Shown here: piece after piece, positions 37,816-51,445 of the stretch | Numbering within the stretch: position 1 is the first letter of the stretch | Layout of the letters: each line of letters begins with the position of its first letter | Source of the DNA: Glaucostegus cemiculus | Lineage: Eukaryota | Length of the DNA: 64,000 bases | Reading direction: 5' to 3' | NCBI GenBank assembly: GCA_976551045.1 | Contig: CDPCPM010000007.1 | Span: forward strand, 3,658,001 to 3,722,000 | Program-made: the position numbers and the translations under genes | The notes under the pieces: generated by a model | Seen by the model: only the letters and a program-made list of their open reading frames with translations | What the model was told of the DNA's origin: nothing | Databases searched by the model: none

Positions 37816-40800
37816 GAACCAAACTTACTGTACATTGATTCTTGTAATGTAGTGTCTTCAGGTGTTACTTTATAGCTATGCTACAGAAATTGGCTATTGC
37901 AGAATCAAGTGTATTTATGCGCATTGTGCAAGTTTATGAGAACTGAATATTCAAGGCATTTCTGAAATTTATTTGTTTTGCTTCATGAATTAGGAATATC
38001 AATATTTAGAATTAAAATGAGGTTTACATCAACAAGTGCTTGGGCCAATATTGAGCCAAGTGGTTGTATATGGAACCTGCTCTGTCTCTCTGCAAGAACT
38101 GCCTATTAATCTAACGCACCTTCTCTTTCCCCACAGCTTTACACATTACCTGTTTCTAGGTAACCATCCAATTCCCATTCAATCTGTTTCCATTCATATC
38201 ATTCCTTTAAGCAATGCATTGCAATTTTCACAGCTTAGTAGCTTTAAACAAAGTATCCTCAACACTCCTTCAGCCATTAATACCCAATCAGCATAAAGGT
38301 TGCGAATGAAAATAGTTTCTCTCCTTTTTTTTTCTTTAAAGATCCTGGTTTCAACAAATGATTTCTGGAAAGAGAATGAGCACTGAATTCCTGGTGAACA
38401 AAATCTCCTTCTCACCTGTTTCCTGTGGAAATGATTTGGGAATCTCAGCTGCATCATCACAGTGGACCACAAGGAATTATGCAGGCAGTCCATCCACAAA
38501 GGGTTGAGAGTCAATTGTTCACCTGTACTGATCGTAGCCAGGGCAGGGGAGAGACACCAAATGTAGGGATCGAATTAGTGCCCAATGATCCAGGCTAGGA
38601 ATTAATGCATGAGAGGATGTCAGATGAAAGCACAAATGGCCCTGGCAGCAACACCCCAGGGTCAAGCATCTTGCCATCCTTTCCTAACCAATCTCACAGA
38701 TGAGTAATGACCACTTAGCCAAGGCATTAATTTTCATGTTGTCCAGTCTGTTAATGGTCAGTACAATTGCAGAGCGTGAAATGAAAGCAATTATGTCCAC
38801 ACTGTTTACTACTGGCATATAGTTATGAAGTAATTATGTGTGCACCTGCTGAGCTATTGCTCATGTATTTATGGCATTCAATAATTCATTGACTAATAAA
38901 CAGTGGAAAAATCACTTTGGTGCAATCTATTACTTGCAGTTTTGCTGATGTAAGTGGCTGTACACAAATGAATGTTTCACCGCTTATGCTGTTGCTGTGG
39001 AAACAATCATATTAGACATGAGAACTTGCAGCTGATGCAGACAAACTTCATTATCTGGTTTAATTAAAATAGGAAGACTAGGCTGTTGCTGAAATAACTG
39101 CTCCAATGTCTATAAGTTAGCCTATGCAGGTTTTCCTTTTCTTTGGGTACCATATTATTTAACAGCTAAAATAGCGACCACAGAAAATTACTACTTTGTA
39201 AACAAAAAAATATATAAATTACCTAGCTCTCTCATTCTTTTTCTCCCTACAACTACAGTCACTTAATGCCCTAGGTTTTTCTTGTGATCTTAGTGTGTTC
39301 TGTCAAGGACAGGCCTATCTTAACAATTACCATGTTTTCTGTTGTAAAGTAAATCATACTTTTCAGGCACAGTTGACTTGCTCCTTAATACACCAAGTGG
39401 AAAATAGATCATATAATCATGACTTGGTAGCATAGTCATATTGATGACAATGTTAAAGGGACTTCTGAGTGTCACAATGCCAATATTTTAAAATATTATG
39501 ATCTAGTTGATGGAAGTACCATTGACAAAAATCTAAATCTGGTGAGCAGAAACTATAGTGTATAATTTCTTCAGTTATTTAATCCAGAGATGGATTAGGA
39601 AGGCTACATCAATCAGTCATTGAGTGGACATACTGACCAGGAAGGATTGAGCTTTAATTCCTTATCTGTGCTCAGTTTGTTGATCTCACCCAGTGCAAGG
39701 GAGAGGAATCAAAGTAGGGATCCTATTTAACACCCAGTGATCCAGACCAGAAGCCAATGCATTCATGGACATAATTTGAGAATAGAATTTCCCTCAGAAT
39801 CAATACATGGATCAAATTCCTTGCTGTTCCTCCCTGTCTAGTCTTCTGAATGAGTGGAAAGCTACTTGGTTGAGGGACTACAAATGCTCTTGCACATTTG
39901 TTGATTGGTTCCTACTGAAATTAAAACCTATATCAAAAATGCAAGTGTGTCTATCCAGTATTCAGCTTTACATCTTCATTTAGGAGAAAAGGCCTGTGGG
40001 AATTTAAATAGCTGTTATTCCTCTAAAGGTTTGGTCTTCCAGATTTAAAAAGACAGAAATGCTAAAAAGCCTTCAGTGCCAGTCCCAAACAAGTTGGAAC
40101 TATGGATTTTTAATAAATGTGTAAATTATTTCCCTGACAAGCTCCTCTCCTACCTCATTCAAAATCCAATCAAGGAAGGATTTGTCTTTAATTATACCAA
40201 CCAAATGTGCAGAGCTGCATTGAGCCCTCAATGCATAGCTACAAGAAAGCGACAAACCACAGTACAGCCAACATCTTTTCTTGGATCTGATAAAGATTGT
40301 AAATTTTGTACACACAGTGCACTTTACTCAAATATGCATAATTATAAGATTTAAATAATGTTGCATGGATTTTATAATGCACTGATGAATTAATTTGTTT
40401 GTAATTGTTCTTTTACATGGATCAAAGGGTTAAAGGACAAAACACAAACGCTTGTGGCATGTATGCTAAAAGAATGCAATCGAATATTAATTGCAAAGGT
40501 TTCCCTAGTTGATTCCAACTTAATTCCAAATCAGGAGTTAAATCAACTTTACTCAGCTTAAAATGTGAGCCCATGATACTGCTTTCAAAATAAAAGTAAT
40601 TGATTGCAATAATGTAAATTTCATACCAGCGACCCAAGCAAAGGGAATACCAGATATAAAATGCCTTTGCCTAGACGTTGGATCATGTTGTGTTTTTTTT
40701 CTTCAGTATTACAAAATTATTTCTAGTCGAAGTAGCGTTAATGATTATTTATGGGTGAAATCCCCCCGTTCACAAAACTCAAGCAGGCCCTTCCAGTTGC

Positions 40801-41611
40801 ATTCTACATTAGTGAGTCTGACATTCGCTGCATCAGACATCCATCTAATCAAACTGATCAATGTGAAATGGAATCTTGGCTGAGTCTATGTAGAGATGTC
40901 CAGAGGAGAAGGAGGTGGACTCCTGCATTCCCCTCATCACCTGCTGCATTTGGTATAGCACATCTGATGAGCCAATCATTCCATAGTATATTTGCATCAA
41001 CCAGGCCATGATGGGATCCCAACTATGATCCTTACTCAAGTCCTCCACATAGCACATGTCTCTCTGATCTAATGTGCACATCACCCCCTGAAGTGGTGTC
41101 ATCTTTATAGGTTACACTAGTAAATCTCCACCACTGATGCTGAACATCAGCATGAAATCTGTCGGTCACTGAGAACACCTGCAGAGAGGAGGTCCTCAGG
41201 CGAATGAATGTTTTGTGCAGGGGTGTGAGTGGTTTAAGTGAGGTGCCAGTCAGCAGGAAATACTGAGGAATTGTAGCAAGATATCTAAACGATAGGAGCA
41301 AGGATTAATTCCTTGATGCACAACAAGCAGTACAGGTGAGCCTGCAAAATAGAAGTGGAGGAACACTGTGTCATCTAGACTTTCTCACATGTTTACCACT
41401 GTAATGTGATGGTGATAATGTACAGAGTGTGGGGAGGGTCTCTTGTTCTGCAAGGAAACTAGTCATTGTGGAGGATGCTCATGGGAATTCCCTCCCTAAG
41501 CAAATCCCATATTCCCTTCTGACATTGCCTCCTTCCATCACTGACCAGGATGCTGAAACTCCTGATGTTGAACAGGGATATCCCCCTTCGAGCCTCAACA
41601 TGCTTCTGGCC

Positions 41612-41711
41612 ACCACGCACAAACTGCTGGAAGAACTCAGCAGGTCGGGCAGCATCTATGGAGGAAAGTAAACAGTCGATGTTATGTTTCAGGTCGAGAC
41701 CCTTCATCACC
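41612..41711 (-). mobile_element. Hammerhead-motif short element
   Basis: Minus strand TGATGA-AGGGTCTCGACCT-GAAAC..ATC-GACTG plus family tail. Confidence 0.7.
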
Positions 41712-41984
41712 TGCTCCTGTTGGTTTTGTGCTTCCTGGTCCTCAGGCTCTGGGTCTCCTGGCTGCTCTTCCTTGGACTCCAGCTGTTGTTTCCTGTTGGC
41801 CTGGTTACAGAGCACGCAGGGATCTAGAGTGAAGTGTCCACAGCAGCTGAGTGTGCCCTGCACTGTGCCCCCCCCCCCTCCATGACTGGTAAAGATATCA
41901 GGATCTCATTTTCAGGAGACTAACGTCATTCCCTACAAACTAACCTTGTAGTTCCATGGCCGGTAAAGGAGATAGTGGCATCGG

Positions 41985-42450
41985 AGGCATTCTGAAGGAG
42001 ATTTGCCAGGCTACTTCCTGGGATGTGAGGGTTGTCCTATCCAAAGAGGCTCAACAGGTTGGATCTCTATATTCCTTAGAGCTTAGAAAGAATGGGGGGT
42101 GACCTTATTCAAACATGTAAGGTCCAAACGGATGTTGAGATGTTCTTACTAGTGAGATAAAGAGACATAGATAGAAGGTAAGAGGCAGTTCATTTAAACC
42201 TGAGGATTTCTTCTCTGAGGATAGTGAATCTCTGGAGATCTCTGCTCTTGAGGATGGTGTGGCCAGATTGATAGATATATTTAAGGTGGAGATGGATACA
42301 AACAATTGAAAGAGGTATGGAGGGTTATGGGGACCTGGTAAAGAAGAGGAGTTGAGGCCAGCATGGATTGGCCATGATCGTATTGAATGGTGGGGCAGGT
42401 TTGAGGGGCCTGGTGACCTGCTCCTGCTCCTGTTTTCTTTTGTTTTTCTG
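41985..42450 (+). mobile_element. CR1 LINE 3' end
   Basis: RRFARLLPGM and LYSLELR-like pieces plus CR1 tail. Confidence 0.75.
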
Positions 42451-43826
42451 TTCTTGTATTTCATGTATTTTGTATTTCCTTATTACAGAGAGGGAGGCTA
42501 TTTAGCCCATCAAATCTATTCCAGTTCACAGAGCATTCCCCTCAATCCCATTCCCACAGTTACTTCCCTATAAACTATTCTCTCTCATGTGACTATCAAC
42601 TGCACCCTAGTTCTCCTACCACTCAGCAACACTTCCAGTAGCCAATTAACCTACCTCTCAGTACGTCCTTGTAAGGAATCTGGAGAACCTGGGGGAGGGC
42701 CATGTGGTTACAGGGAGAATGTGCAAAGCCAGATCTCTGGCTGTGAGGCAGCAGCACTACCTGCTGCCTCACCACGCCACACATTCATTGTTGCATTTGT
42801 ATTCAGCCAGAGCAGTGGGAGAAGCCACATGGGGGAGAAAAGCAATGGAAGCAAAGTTTAGCTCTGGGTCTCCATGATCCAAAAATCCTTCTCATAATTT
42901 ATGACAGCCTAGATGGGAACCCGTTCTATCCATGTAGATATCCAAGTTTTTTAGAGGAACTCTTGTGGGAACATGATGCAGCCTGCACTGTGGGGAACCA
43001 GCAATGCAGCAGTCTCAGTACGCAAGATGCCATTGCCACCTCCTGACTAAAATCAAAGTACATAAGTTAGGCCTCTGTGACATCTCTAATTGTGTATGGT
43101 GAGGTGCAGCTGAGAACTATGGCTAGATCATTGACAATCCATTGGCCAGGGAGTTACCACTACCTTGACCAACACTGAGAGATCATTCCAGACACAAGAG
43201 TGTGGCTGAAGATCACCTAGTCACAGCCTTGCTTATTATAGATTTTGAAACCCCAGCCTGTGAGCAGAAGTATCGATAAGGGCTCTCCGGGGATCGATCC
43301 TTTGATCTGCTACACTACTGACTCACCACGTCTAACTCGGTATCCAGTAATGAAATGCCACTAGTGGTGTGGTCACTGAGGCACTCACTGAATGAGTTGC
43401 TCAGTTAAATGCTGCAGCGAGCACTCCCTGATCTTATGAGTGCCCTCCGAGGACTCCGGGTGCTGTTCCAGCAACCTGCAGTAGCTTGAGGGGCTGCCCA
43501 AGTCAGCAGAGTTACCCCTTAAATCACGACTAAGTGAAGAACACAGTCCCTTGTGCTTGTGAAACTACTCAACAGCAATTGTTTTAGCTTAGGCCTCTGA
43601 TTTTTTTTTTTTGTTTTCTCCCCCCATTTCCTTCCCTTTGGAGCAGACTTGATGGGCTGAATGGCCTACTTCTGCTCCCTTGTCTTGTGATCTTGTGATT
43701 TATGTCAGGATAAGTGGAAAGGTGCAGACAGTGATGATTAATCTAATTAAGTTGGGAAAATATTATACAAACTAATGTGGATTGCAACTGGAACTACCCA
43801 CTCCAGTTTTGAAATTGCCATGATTT

Positions 43827-44113
43827 TAGATTAAGATATCTTTATTAGTCACATGTATGTCAGAACACAGTGAAATGCATCTTTTGTGTAGAGTGTTCTG
43901 GGGGCAGCCCGCAAGTGTCACCATGCTTCCGGCACAAACATAGCATGCCCATAACTTCCTAACCCGTATGTCTTTGGAATGTGGGAGGAAACCGGAGCAC
44001 CCAGAGGAAACCCACACAGGGAGAATGTACAAACTCCTTACAGACAGTGGCCAGAATTGAAACTGGATCACTGGTGCTGTAATAGCATTACACTAACCGC
44101 TACACTACTGTGC
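43827..44113 (-). mobile_element. HE1-like V-SINE
   Basis: Reverse complement of the family seen at 5415. Confidence 0.85.
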
Positions 44114-46320
44114 CTGTCACTGATGCGACGTACTGTGTTTAAAAACAATTTTAGACTGCATAGTACTGAGGTAAACAGTTCTACATGATCCAATCGTCAG
44201 ACAAAGATATTTTATATTTGGTACTTCCTTGGCCTGTATCACTGGTGTCATGTTTACATTTCAACAATCAATCACTTTTATTTGAAAAAGGTATCTCTGA
44301 TCTACACTGCAAGGGGTTCACAGTTTTGTTGAGCTAAGTAAATTTGGCTTAAACCCCCCGTCCAACAGAACTGGACTGGTGTGAAAACATATTGTGGAAT
44401 TAAAATTCTATTGTATACATCTAGTGTGCATTCTACGAATTATGACATTTAGTCCTTTAATCCAATCATAATCCATTTTAAATAATTACTTTGTAAATGA
44501 ATTATCATCAAACTATTATATTCAAATTCAATGTGAAATTCTATTTTCAGTGAATACTCTTCTCTGAAGGGTCCTTTGCAATTAATTCAGCTTCATTTCA
44601 TGAGCCCAGATCTAAAACAGCCTATTCCCTGCCTTATTTATTGTTCTAGAAAGTAATTCTATGAACTCACCCTATTGCTTCCATTACCACCTTGATTTGT
44701 CCAACTTTTGTCAAATAAAAGCTCCCATTACATCTCACTCTGGCAAAATTAACAGCTTGAGACTTCTGGTGTATAAGTATGGGGAAGCCTCATTAGAAAT
44801 TACAGAACTATGCAGTCAGTTAACTCTGATATTTTCCAGCTTCTCCAGAAATGTTATAGCCTGTTCAACAAGAATTTTAATACGTGCTTTGGAAGCTTAA
44901 TTCATGTGGGTCTGAAAGAAGATAAATGTGTGATGCAGCACTGTTTATAAAATCTAAAATAGCCAGTTGTCTTTTTCAGATCTTAGAACATTTCCAGGCA
45001 ATCAATTTTGAATCCGGTGCTTGCAACAGTGTCTCTATGCTTCTGGCTATAAAACATGTGGCATGGGATATCATATGACTGCTTTTGTTGTGTACAGATT
45101 CAGATTCCTCTGCTTTTTCTTCCAACAGTTTTTGCTGTGCATTTCTTCCTGATCTTCCTGATATATATTTAACAGCTATTTGCAACCACTGGAAACACTG
45201 AAAATAGTTTTGTTGCCTATGCCCACCGTCTCTTTTAAGCCAATGGTTTAACTGTTCCGAGATGTTGGCCAGCATTCCTTTTGCCTTGCCCTTGTTTGCA
45301 GATTTCCATTATGTCAGATCCAGTCTGCGCACTGTTGTTTTCCTGTGAACAGGACCTGTACAACAGACTGCAAATTTCTATTAGTTTCTCTTATTCCAGC
45401 ATGTAGAAGGGGATTTGTTTGCACCTGGTACTTGATGTCACATAACAGGCAAGGAGAAAACTGTTAATAGGGGTGTTAAAATGCACAGTTTAGGAATGTT
45501 ACTAAATCCTGTTAGTATTGCACATGATAGCGCAAGGTTATTTATCAACACTACAAAGGTAATCATATTCTGCCCCTTGTGTTTTCCATTATTCAACTTT
45601 AAAATGTCACCTCTCTCTGGGTCACTGCTGCTAAATGTTACCTTTATTTATTACAGAGTACCTGTGCAAATTGTTCATGTGAAACCTCTGTGCTTTATAT
45701 TTTCTGGCAGAATAATTAAATGGTTCACTTTTACATGTAACTCAAGATGCTCTGATTTTGACAATTCCAGGAATGTATTTCCTTACAAAATAAAAATGTA
45801 GCAGATAGCATTTATAAAATTTAAGATTAAATTAAGCATCAATGTTGTAATCACAAATGAAGTGTTATTAATGTGATGGTTCTCCCTTATGAAATATTTG
45901 ATGAAAACAAAATATACCATGTAATTGATTTATATTTCAGTGAAGTAGTATTATAACAGTCATGGTCTTAGGCGTGTTCCAGCGGGAATTTTGATAATTT
46001 AATTGAAGTTCAAAATTTCACAGCTCACAAATAATATTAATATTATAACAATGAATGAAGACTACATTTATGTCGATGAGAACCTGAAAATACTATTAAT
46101 GAATGCAAGGAAATCATTGCATGTTTAATCGTGCACTTAGGACAAAGGAAACAGATGTAATTAATGTGATCACCCCTGTATAACTCTTAATAATTTGGCA
46201 AATACTGGGGCACTGCAAAAATAATAATCCAGCACTGTACCTGAGCAGCTTATGATATCATTCAGTCATGATGGTTCCATTATTCTGTTCCAACATCACA
46301 CTGAGTTTTACCATTTAAGG

Positions 46321-46607
46321 TAAGGTATCTTAATTAGACACACATACATTGAAAAACACAGTGAAAAGCATTTTTTGCATAGTGCTCTGGGGGCAGCCCG
46401 CAAGTGTCGCCATACTTCCAGAGCCAACATAGCATGCCCACAGCTTACTAACCTGTACGTCTTTTGGAATGTGGGAGGAAACCAGAGCACCCGGAAGAAA
46501 CTCACGCAGACATGGGGAGAACGTACAAACTCCTTACAGACAGTGGCCGGAATTGAACCCAGATCGCTGGCGCTGTGAAGAGTTACCCTAACCGCTACAC
46601 TACCGTG
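46321..46607 (-). mobile_element. HE1-like V-SINE
   Basis: Full head, V-domain core and tail on the minus strand. Confidence 0.85.
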
Positions 46608-47319
46608 ACTGTACAAGGTCAGGGTGTTCTGGGTGCAGGCTTCAGCTGGGCCTGGTCACTGCTAAGACTTCACAATATCTTGCCATTCTGGGATTGGGTG
46701 GTGCAAGATGATAGGACCTACACATCCATATTAGGTTAGTAGGGACACAGGGAGAGCAGGGTAAGCAAATATGATTGTGTCTATGAACTACATCCTGACA
46801 TATTGGTACCTATTAAAATGTGGCAGCAGATTCCAAGAAACCAAAATGTTTTGAAAACAATTTCCTCTCGAGCTCAAAAAAACTATTCAACTCTAAAGTG
46901 TAAATAACAAAAAAAAAGTCTGCCATCAATTTAACTCCTAAATCAGGAGCAAACAAAGACTAAATGAATAACAAATAAACATTTTTTCATCTAACCCTTT
47001 TTAGCTCAATCTCAATTTTTGTCTTATTATACAACATTAAAGCTCCTACATTCTTCCTATGTCAGTGGTGTAAAAATACAATTATCCTGTTTTTACACCT
47101 CTCCCTAGCCATTGGTCAGATTGATTCATTGAGTTCAAAATCAAAATCTGGCTCCAAACTGATCTGCTGACCCAACGTTCTCTCTATTACAAAGACCGAT
47201 TAGATTCCCCTCCCTAATTTCAGCCAACTCCATCCCTACTTCAATCTACCTGCAGTTGAAAGATTTTTTTTAAAATTTGTAACCCCAAATCTCATCCTAA
47301 AACCCTTTAATCTGGATTT

Positions 47320-47474
47320 TTCCATCTTCCATTCCGGTCCTGATGAAGGGTCTCAACCAAGAAACATTGACTGTTCATTTCCCTCCATAGATGCTGCCTG
47401 ACCTGTTGAGTTCCTCCAGCATTTTGTGTGCATTGCTCTGGATTTCCAGCATCTGTAGTCTCTCTTGCGTCTCT
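47320..47474 (+). mobile_element. Hammerhead-motif short element (best-paired stem I)
   Basis: CGGTC (47335-47339), CTGATGA, AGGGTCTCAACCAA, GAAA, CATT, GACTG (47369-47373), then family tail. Confidence 0.75.
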
Positions 47475-48287
47475 AATGCCCAAGGTGACAGCTTCCTTTC
47501 TTTCGCCATCCATAAATGTGGAGGTCATCCAAAACTCTTACCATTCCTCATCATCCAGCTCTCCAGTTCTCACCTGTTAGATCTTAATATTCTTCTCCTC
47601 TTGTCCAAAATCCTCCATTGCATTGTCTCTTATCATCTTTGAGCATCTCCTAGCTTTTAAATTCTTGAAGAACTCAGGCCTCTTCTCCCCACTCCAATCC
47701 CCATCCCTTCTCCCACCCAACTGGCCACATTGTCTTCAAACTCTTAGACTCCTAGCTCTGGGATTCCCTACATCAACCTTTTTACTTTCCTCTTATCTGT
47801 TTGGACATGTTATTAAAATCTAGCTCTTTGACAAAGCTTTTGGTCACAAACTCTGATTTCTCCTTTGATTGGATATCAGATCTTCTTAATTTGACTATGC
47901 CCTAAATTTAAAATGCTTTAGAATATGTAACTGCATCTGAAGGCAATATGTAAATGAAGGTTCTTGCTATTGGAAAATGAAACTAAATATACAGATAAAT
48001 CAGAAAGATGAAAGAGACTGTGTTGGCAGGCCAATGTACATGTTAAAAATCAAAATGTCTGCAATGTTAGCTCTGTTTCTCTTCCTACAGGTGTAGTGTG
48101 ACTTGCTCAGTATTTCCAGCATGTTTTGCTTTTATTCAATGCACACCTTGCTTAATTTTGAATAAGTGGAAAGTGAAATTGAGCATATGTGAAACTTTGC
48201 ATCAGCTTTATGTATAATGTGATTTATCATATAATCAGAGATGAACTGCTTTACATGATGTCTAAAAGAACTTTGTCAGGATACAAA

Positions 48288-48569
48288 GATCAGATATTTA
48301 TTTATTAGTCACATGTACATCGAAACACACAGTAAAATGCGTCTTTTTGAGTTACTGAGAATGTGCTGGGGGCAGCCTGCAAGTATCACCACCTTTCCGG
48401 CGCCAACATAGCATGCCCATAGCTCCTAACCTGTACATCTTTGGAATGTGGGAAGAAACCGGAGCACCTAGAGGAAACCCACGCAGACACATGGGGAGAA
48501 TGTACAAACTCCTTACTGGCAGTGGTGGGAATTGAAATAGGGTCGCTGGTGCTGTAATAGCATTACGCA
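48288..48569 (-). mobile_element. HE1-like V-SINE, 5'-truncated
   Basis: V-domain core and tail on the minus strand. Confidence 0.85.
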
Positions 48570-49399
48570 AGTAAAATGACATGGCATTTGAGTGTGCCAG
48601 TTGAACCACTCACCTCTTGAAAAAATAATTAAATTTTGAGGTTTCTTTTTCAGTCCCTACTTCAAAGGAGGCTAGGTGTATGTGAGCCAACACATAAAGA
48701 TGAAAATCAAAACATCATTAAGATGGATTTTGCAAGTGATAAATAAATATATGCACAACAATACTCCATAGCTTTGTAATAATTTTATAAACTAACAATG
48801 ATAATTACAAATAAATATTTTTGTAAATCCTTTTCCTAACTTACACAACCTAATAAAATGTATAAGGAGCAGTAACAAAAATCAATAGATGGGCCATTTA
48901 AGGAGGTCATTCCAAAGGATGCAGGAGTGATTTAAAACGTGAATCATTAAGAAAAAAATTATATCCTTAACAACAATGTGCTGTCTCTCTTTGGGCCCTG
49001 TTTCAGATCAAAAGCAATCATTCATGATGTTGACAAATGACACATTCTCAGAAAATTGTAACAAGGATCCAAATGGCTCTCTGTAAAGTTCAAAGGAACC
49101 ATTTACTGCTGCTTAGAAGAATATCCCCACCTGGATACATGCCTTATTATCTTCAACAACATTTATGGAGACAGATGTATTTTTGTGTCAGGATTCTGGA
49201 TGAAAGGACATAAATGTGACAAGTGGGACATCTCAACAGTAGTTGGAGTCTAATTAGTCTGAGTTCCTCTCCACTACAAACACCATCTCATTGCACTTTG
49301 CTGCAATTCATTCCCTCATATTTAACTATACATCACTTGACTATTCCAACATTTTACATTCAGTTTCAGTCTTCAGCAAAATCTACCCAAAACTACAAT

Positions 49400-49715
49400 C
49401 ATAGAACATAGAACATTACAGCACAGTACAGGCCCTTCGACCGGCGATATTGTGTCGACATTTTATCCTGCTCTAATATCTATCTAATCCTTCCCTCCTA
49501 CATATCCCTCCATTTCTTTATCATTTGTTTGTCTATCTAAGAGTCTCTTAAATGTTCCTAATGTATCTGCCCCCACAAACACTGCTGGCAGTGTGTTCCA
49601 CACACCCACCACTCACTGTGTAAAAAAACTTACCCCTGACATCCCTCTTATACCTTCCTCCAATCACCTTAAAATTATGCCCCCTCGTGTTAGCCATTGT
49701 TGCCCTGAGAAAAAT
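49400..49715 (-). mobile_element. CR1 LINE 3' end
   Basis: (CATAGAA)n tail and TRGHNFKVIGG-type end on the minus strand. Confidence 0.8.
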
Positions 49716-50669
49716 CTGAGGCACATCAACTCATGCATTAGTTCTTTGATTGATGATCTACATTTTGATCCTGAAACATTTCAGATTGGAATTATCTTAT
49801 TCTTATCAATGAGTTTCTCTGTCCAAATCTCCATTAACGCTTCTAGGCCCCCAAACTACCTGAAGATTCAGGGTTCCTCCGACATTGCCTTCTGCTCCAC
49901 CGACTCTTTTCACCCCAGCCAGAGCCACCAAGCATGAAGTCATCCAATTTCCTTCCAAAAAAATCTGCATTGCTTCATCTCTGTTTCTCCTCCAAGGTTC
50001 TCCTTGAAAGGTCATGCTTTCCTCCTGATACCATTTGGACTGATAATAATATTTGCTTAATTTTGCTTCTATAATGTACTTTGGGATGTTTGTCTATGAC
50101 AGATTTGGTATAGAAACATGTCTTGTTGCTTCATTGGCTGTTATAGTAACAGTAGCAGTCAAGATACTGTGTTCCTTTGGATAAAAGCTCTTTCTGATTC
50201 TTTTAGTCCTGAAAAGTATGCAAGCAGAACAAAGTGTATGCAAATTCAACAAAGTGGATATTCATCCAATTTTCCTTCTCATTTCACCTGATTTAGTTGA
50301 TGTAGCCAATGATAATTCTCGACTTCTGTTAACATCTTTTGAAATGAGTGGATGGTGGTTAGAGGTTGTTCAATCCCTAATATTGCTGCAGCAATTTATT
50401 CTTAAACAACAATGTTTCATTTTTATAGAGCCAATAACATGGAAAAATGACATGCACTTAATGATGAAAGATCTATTGCGAGAAGCAACCTGCAACCTAC
50501 AACAAAAAGGCATGATTTAAGCAGGCTCAAGGAAAATAAAGAGGTATGATGGCAATGGGTTTTAGGGAGAAGATCCATTCCACGGACCCTGGGTAGCTCA
50601 AAACATGAAGCTCGTCGATAAGGTAGAAGGGAGAGATAACTCAGTCTCCAAATTAGAGGAATGGAAGAG

Positions 50670-51445
50670 AAAATGGGATAGACTGTAATGGTGATGAGGT
50701 TGGAAAGATTGCAGCATGCTGATGTGCAGAGGGACTTGGGAGTGCTTGTGCATGAATTGCAAAAGGTTGGTTTGTAGGTGCAACAGGTTATCAGGAAGTC
50801 AAATGAAATGTTGGCCTTCATTGCTGGAGGGATTGAATTTAATAGCGGGGAAGTTATGCTGCAAATGTACAGGGTACTGGTGAGGTCACACCTGGAGTAC
50901 TGCGTGCAGTTCTGGTCTCCTTACTTGAGGAAGGATATATTGGCTTTGCAGGTGGTGCAGAGGAGGTTCACCAGATTGAGTCCAGAGATGAGGGGGTTAG
51001 CCTATGAGGAGAGATTGAGTCGTCTGGGGCTATACTCACTGGAATTCAGAAGAATGAGAGGGGATCTTATGAAAACATATAAAATGATGAAAGGGATAGA
51101 TAAGATAGAGGCAGGAAGGTTGTTTCCACCGGTACGTAGGTGAGACTAGAACAAGGGGACATAGCCTCAAGATTCAGGAAATAGATTTAGTATGGAGATA
51201 AGGAGAAACTGCTTTTCCCCAGTGTGTAATGAATCTGTGGAATTCTCTGCCCAGTGGAGGCTACCCCATTAAACATGTTTACGACACAGTTCAATAGATT
51301 TTTTGCATATTAGGGGAATTAAGGGTTATGAGGAAAAGGCAGGTGGTAGGATCTGAGTCCACGGCCAGATCAGTCGTGATCTTATTGAATGGTGGAGCTG
51401 GCTCAACGGGCCAGATGGCCAACTCCTGCTCTTATTTCTGATGTT
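50670..51445 (+). mobile_element. CR1 LINE 3' part
   Basis: VMLQMYRVLVRSHLEYCVQFWSPYLRKDILALQVVQRRFTRL. Confidence 0.9.

Larger units (their letters stand above)
40760..43300 (-). mobile_element. PIF/Harbinger relic with transposase and Myb/SANT-like partner ORF remnants
   Basis: Transposase-like pieces LSVLVKVVV, IRDVTEA, FPTVQ (42900-43250) and CVLCNQA plus acidic tail (41720-41880); Myb-like VEARRGISLF..GRR..W..CRTR (41440-41600). Confidence 0.5.
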
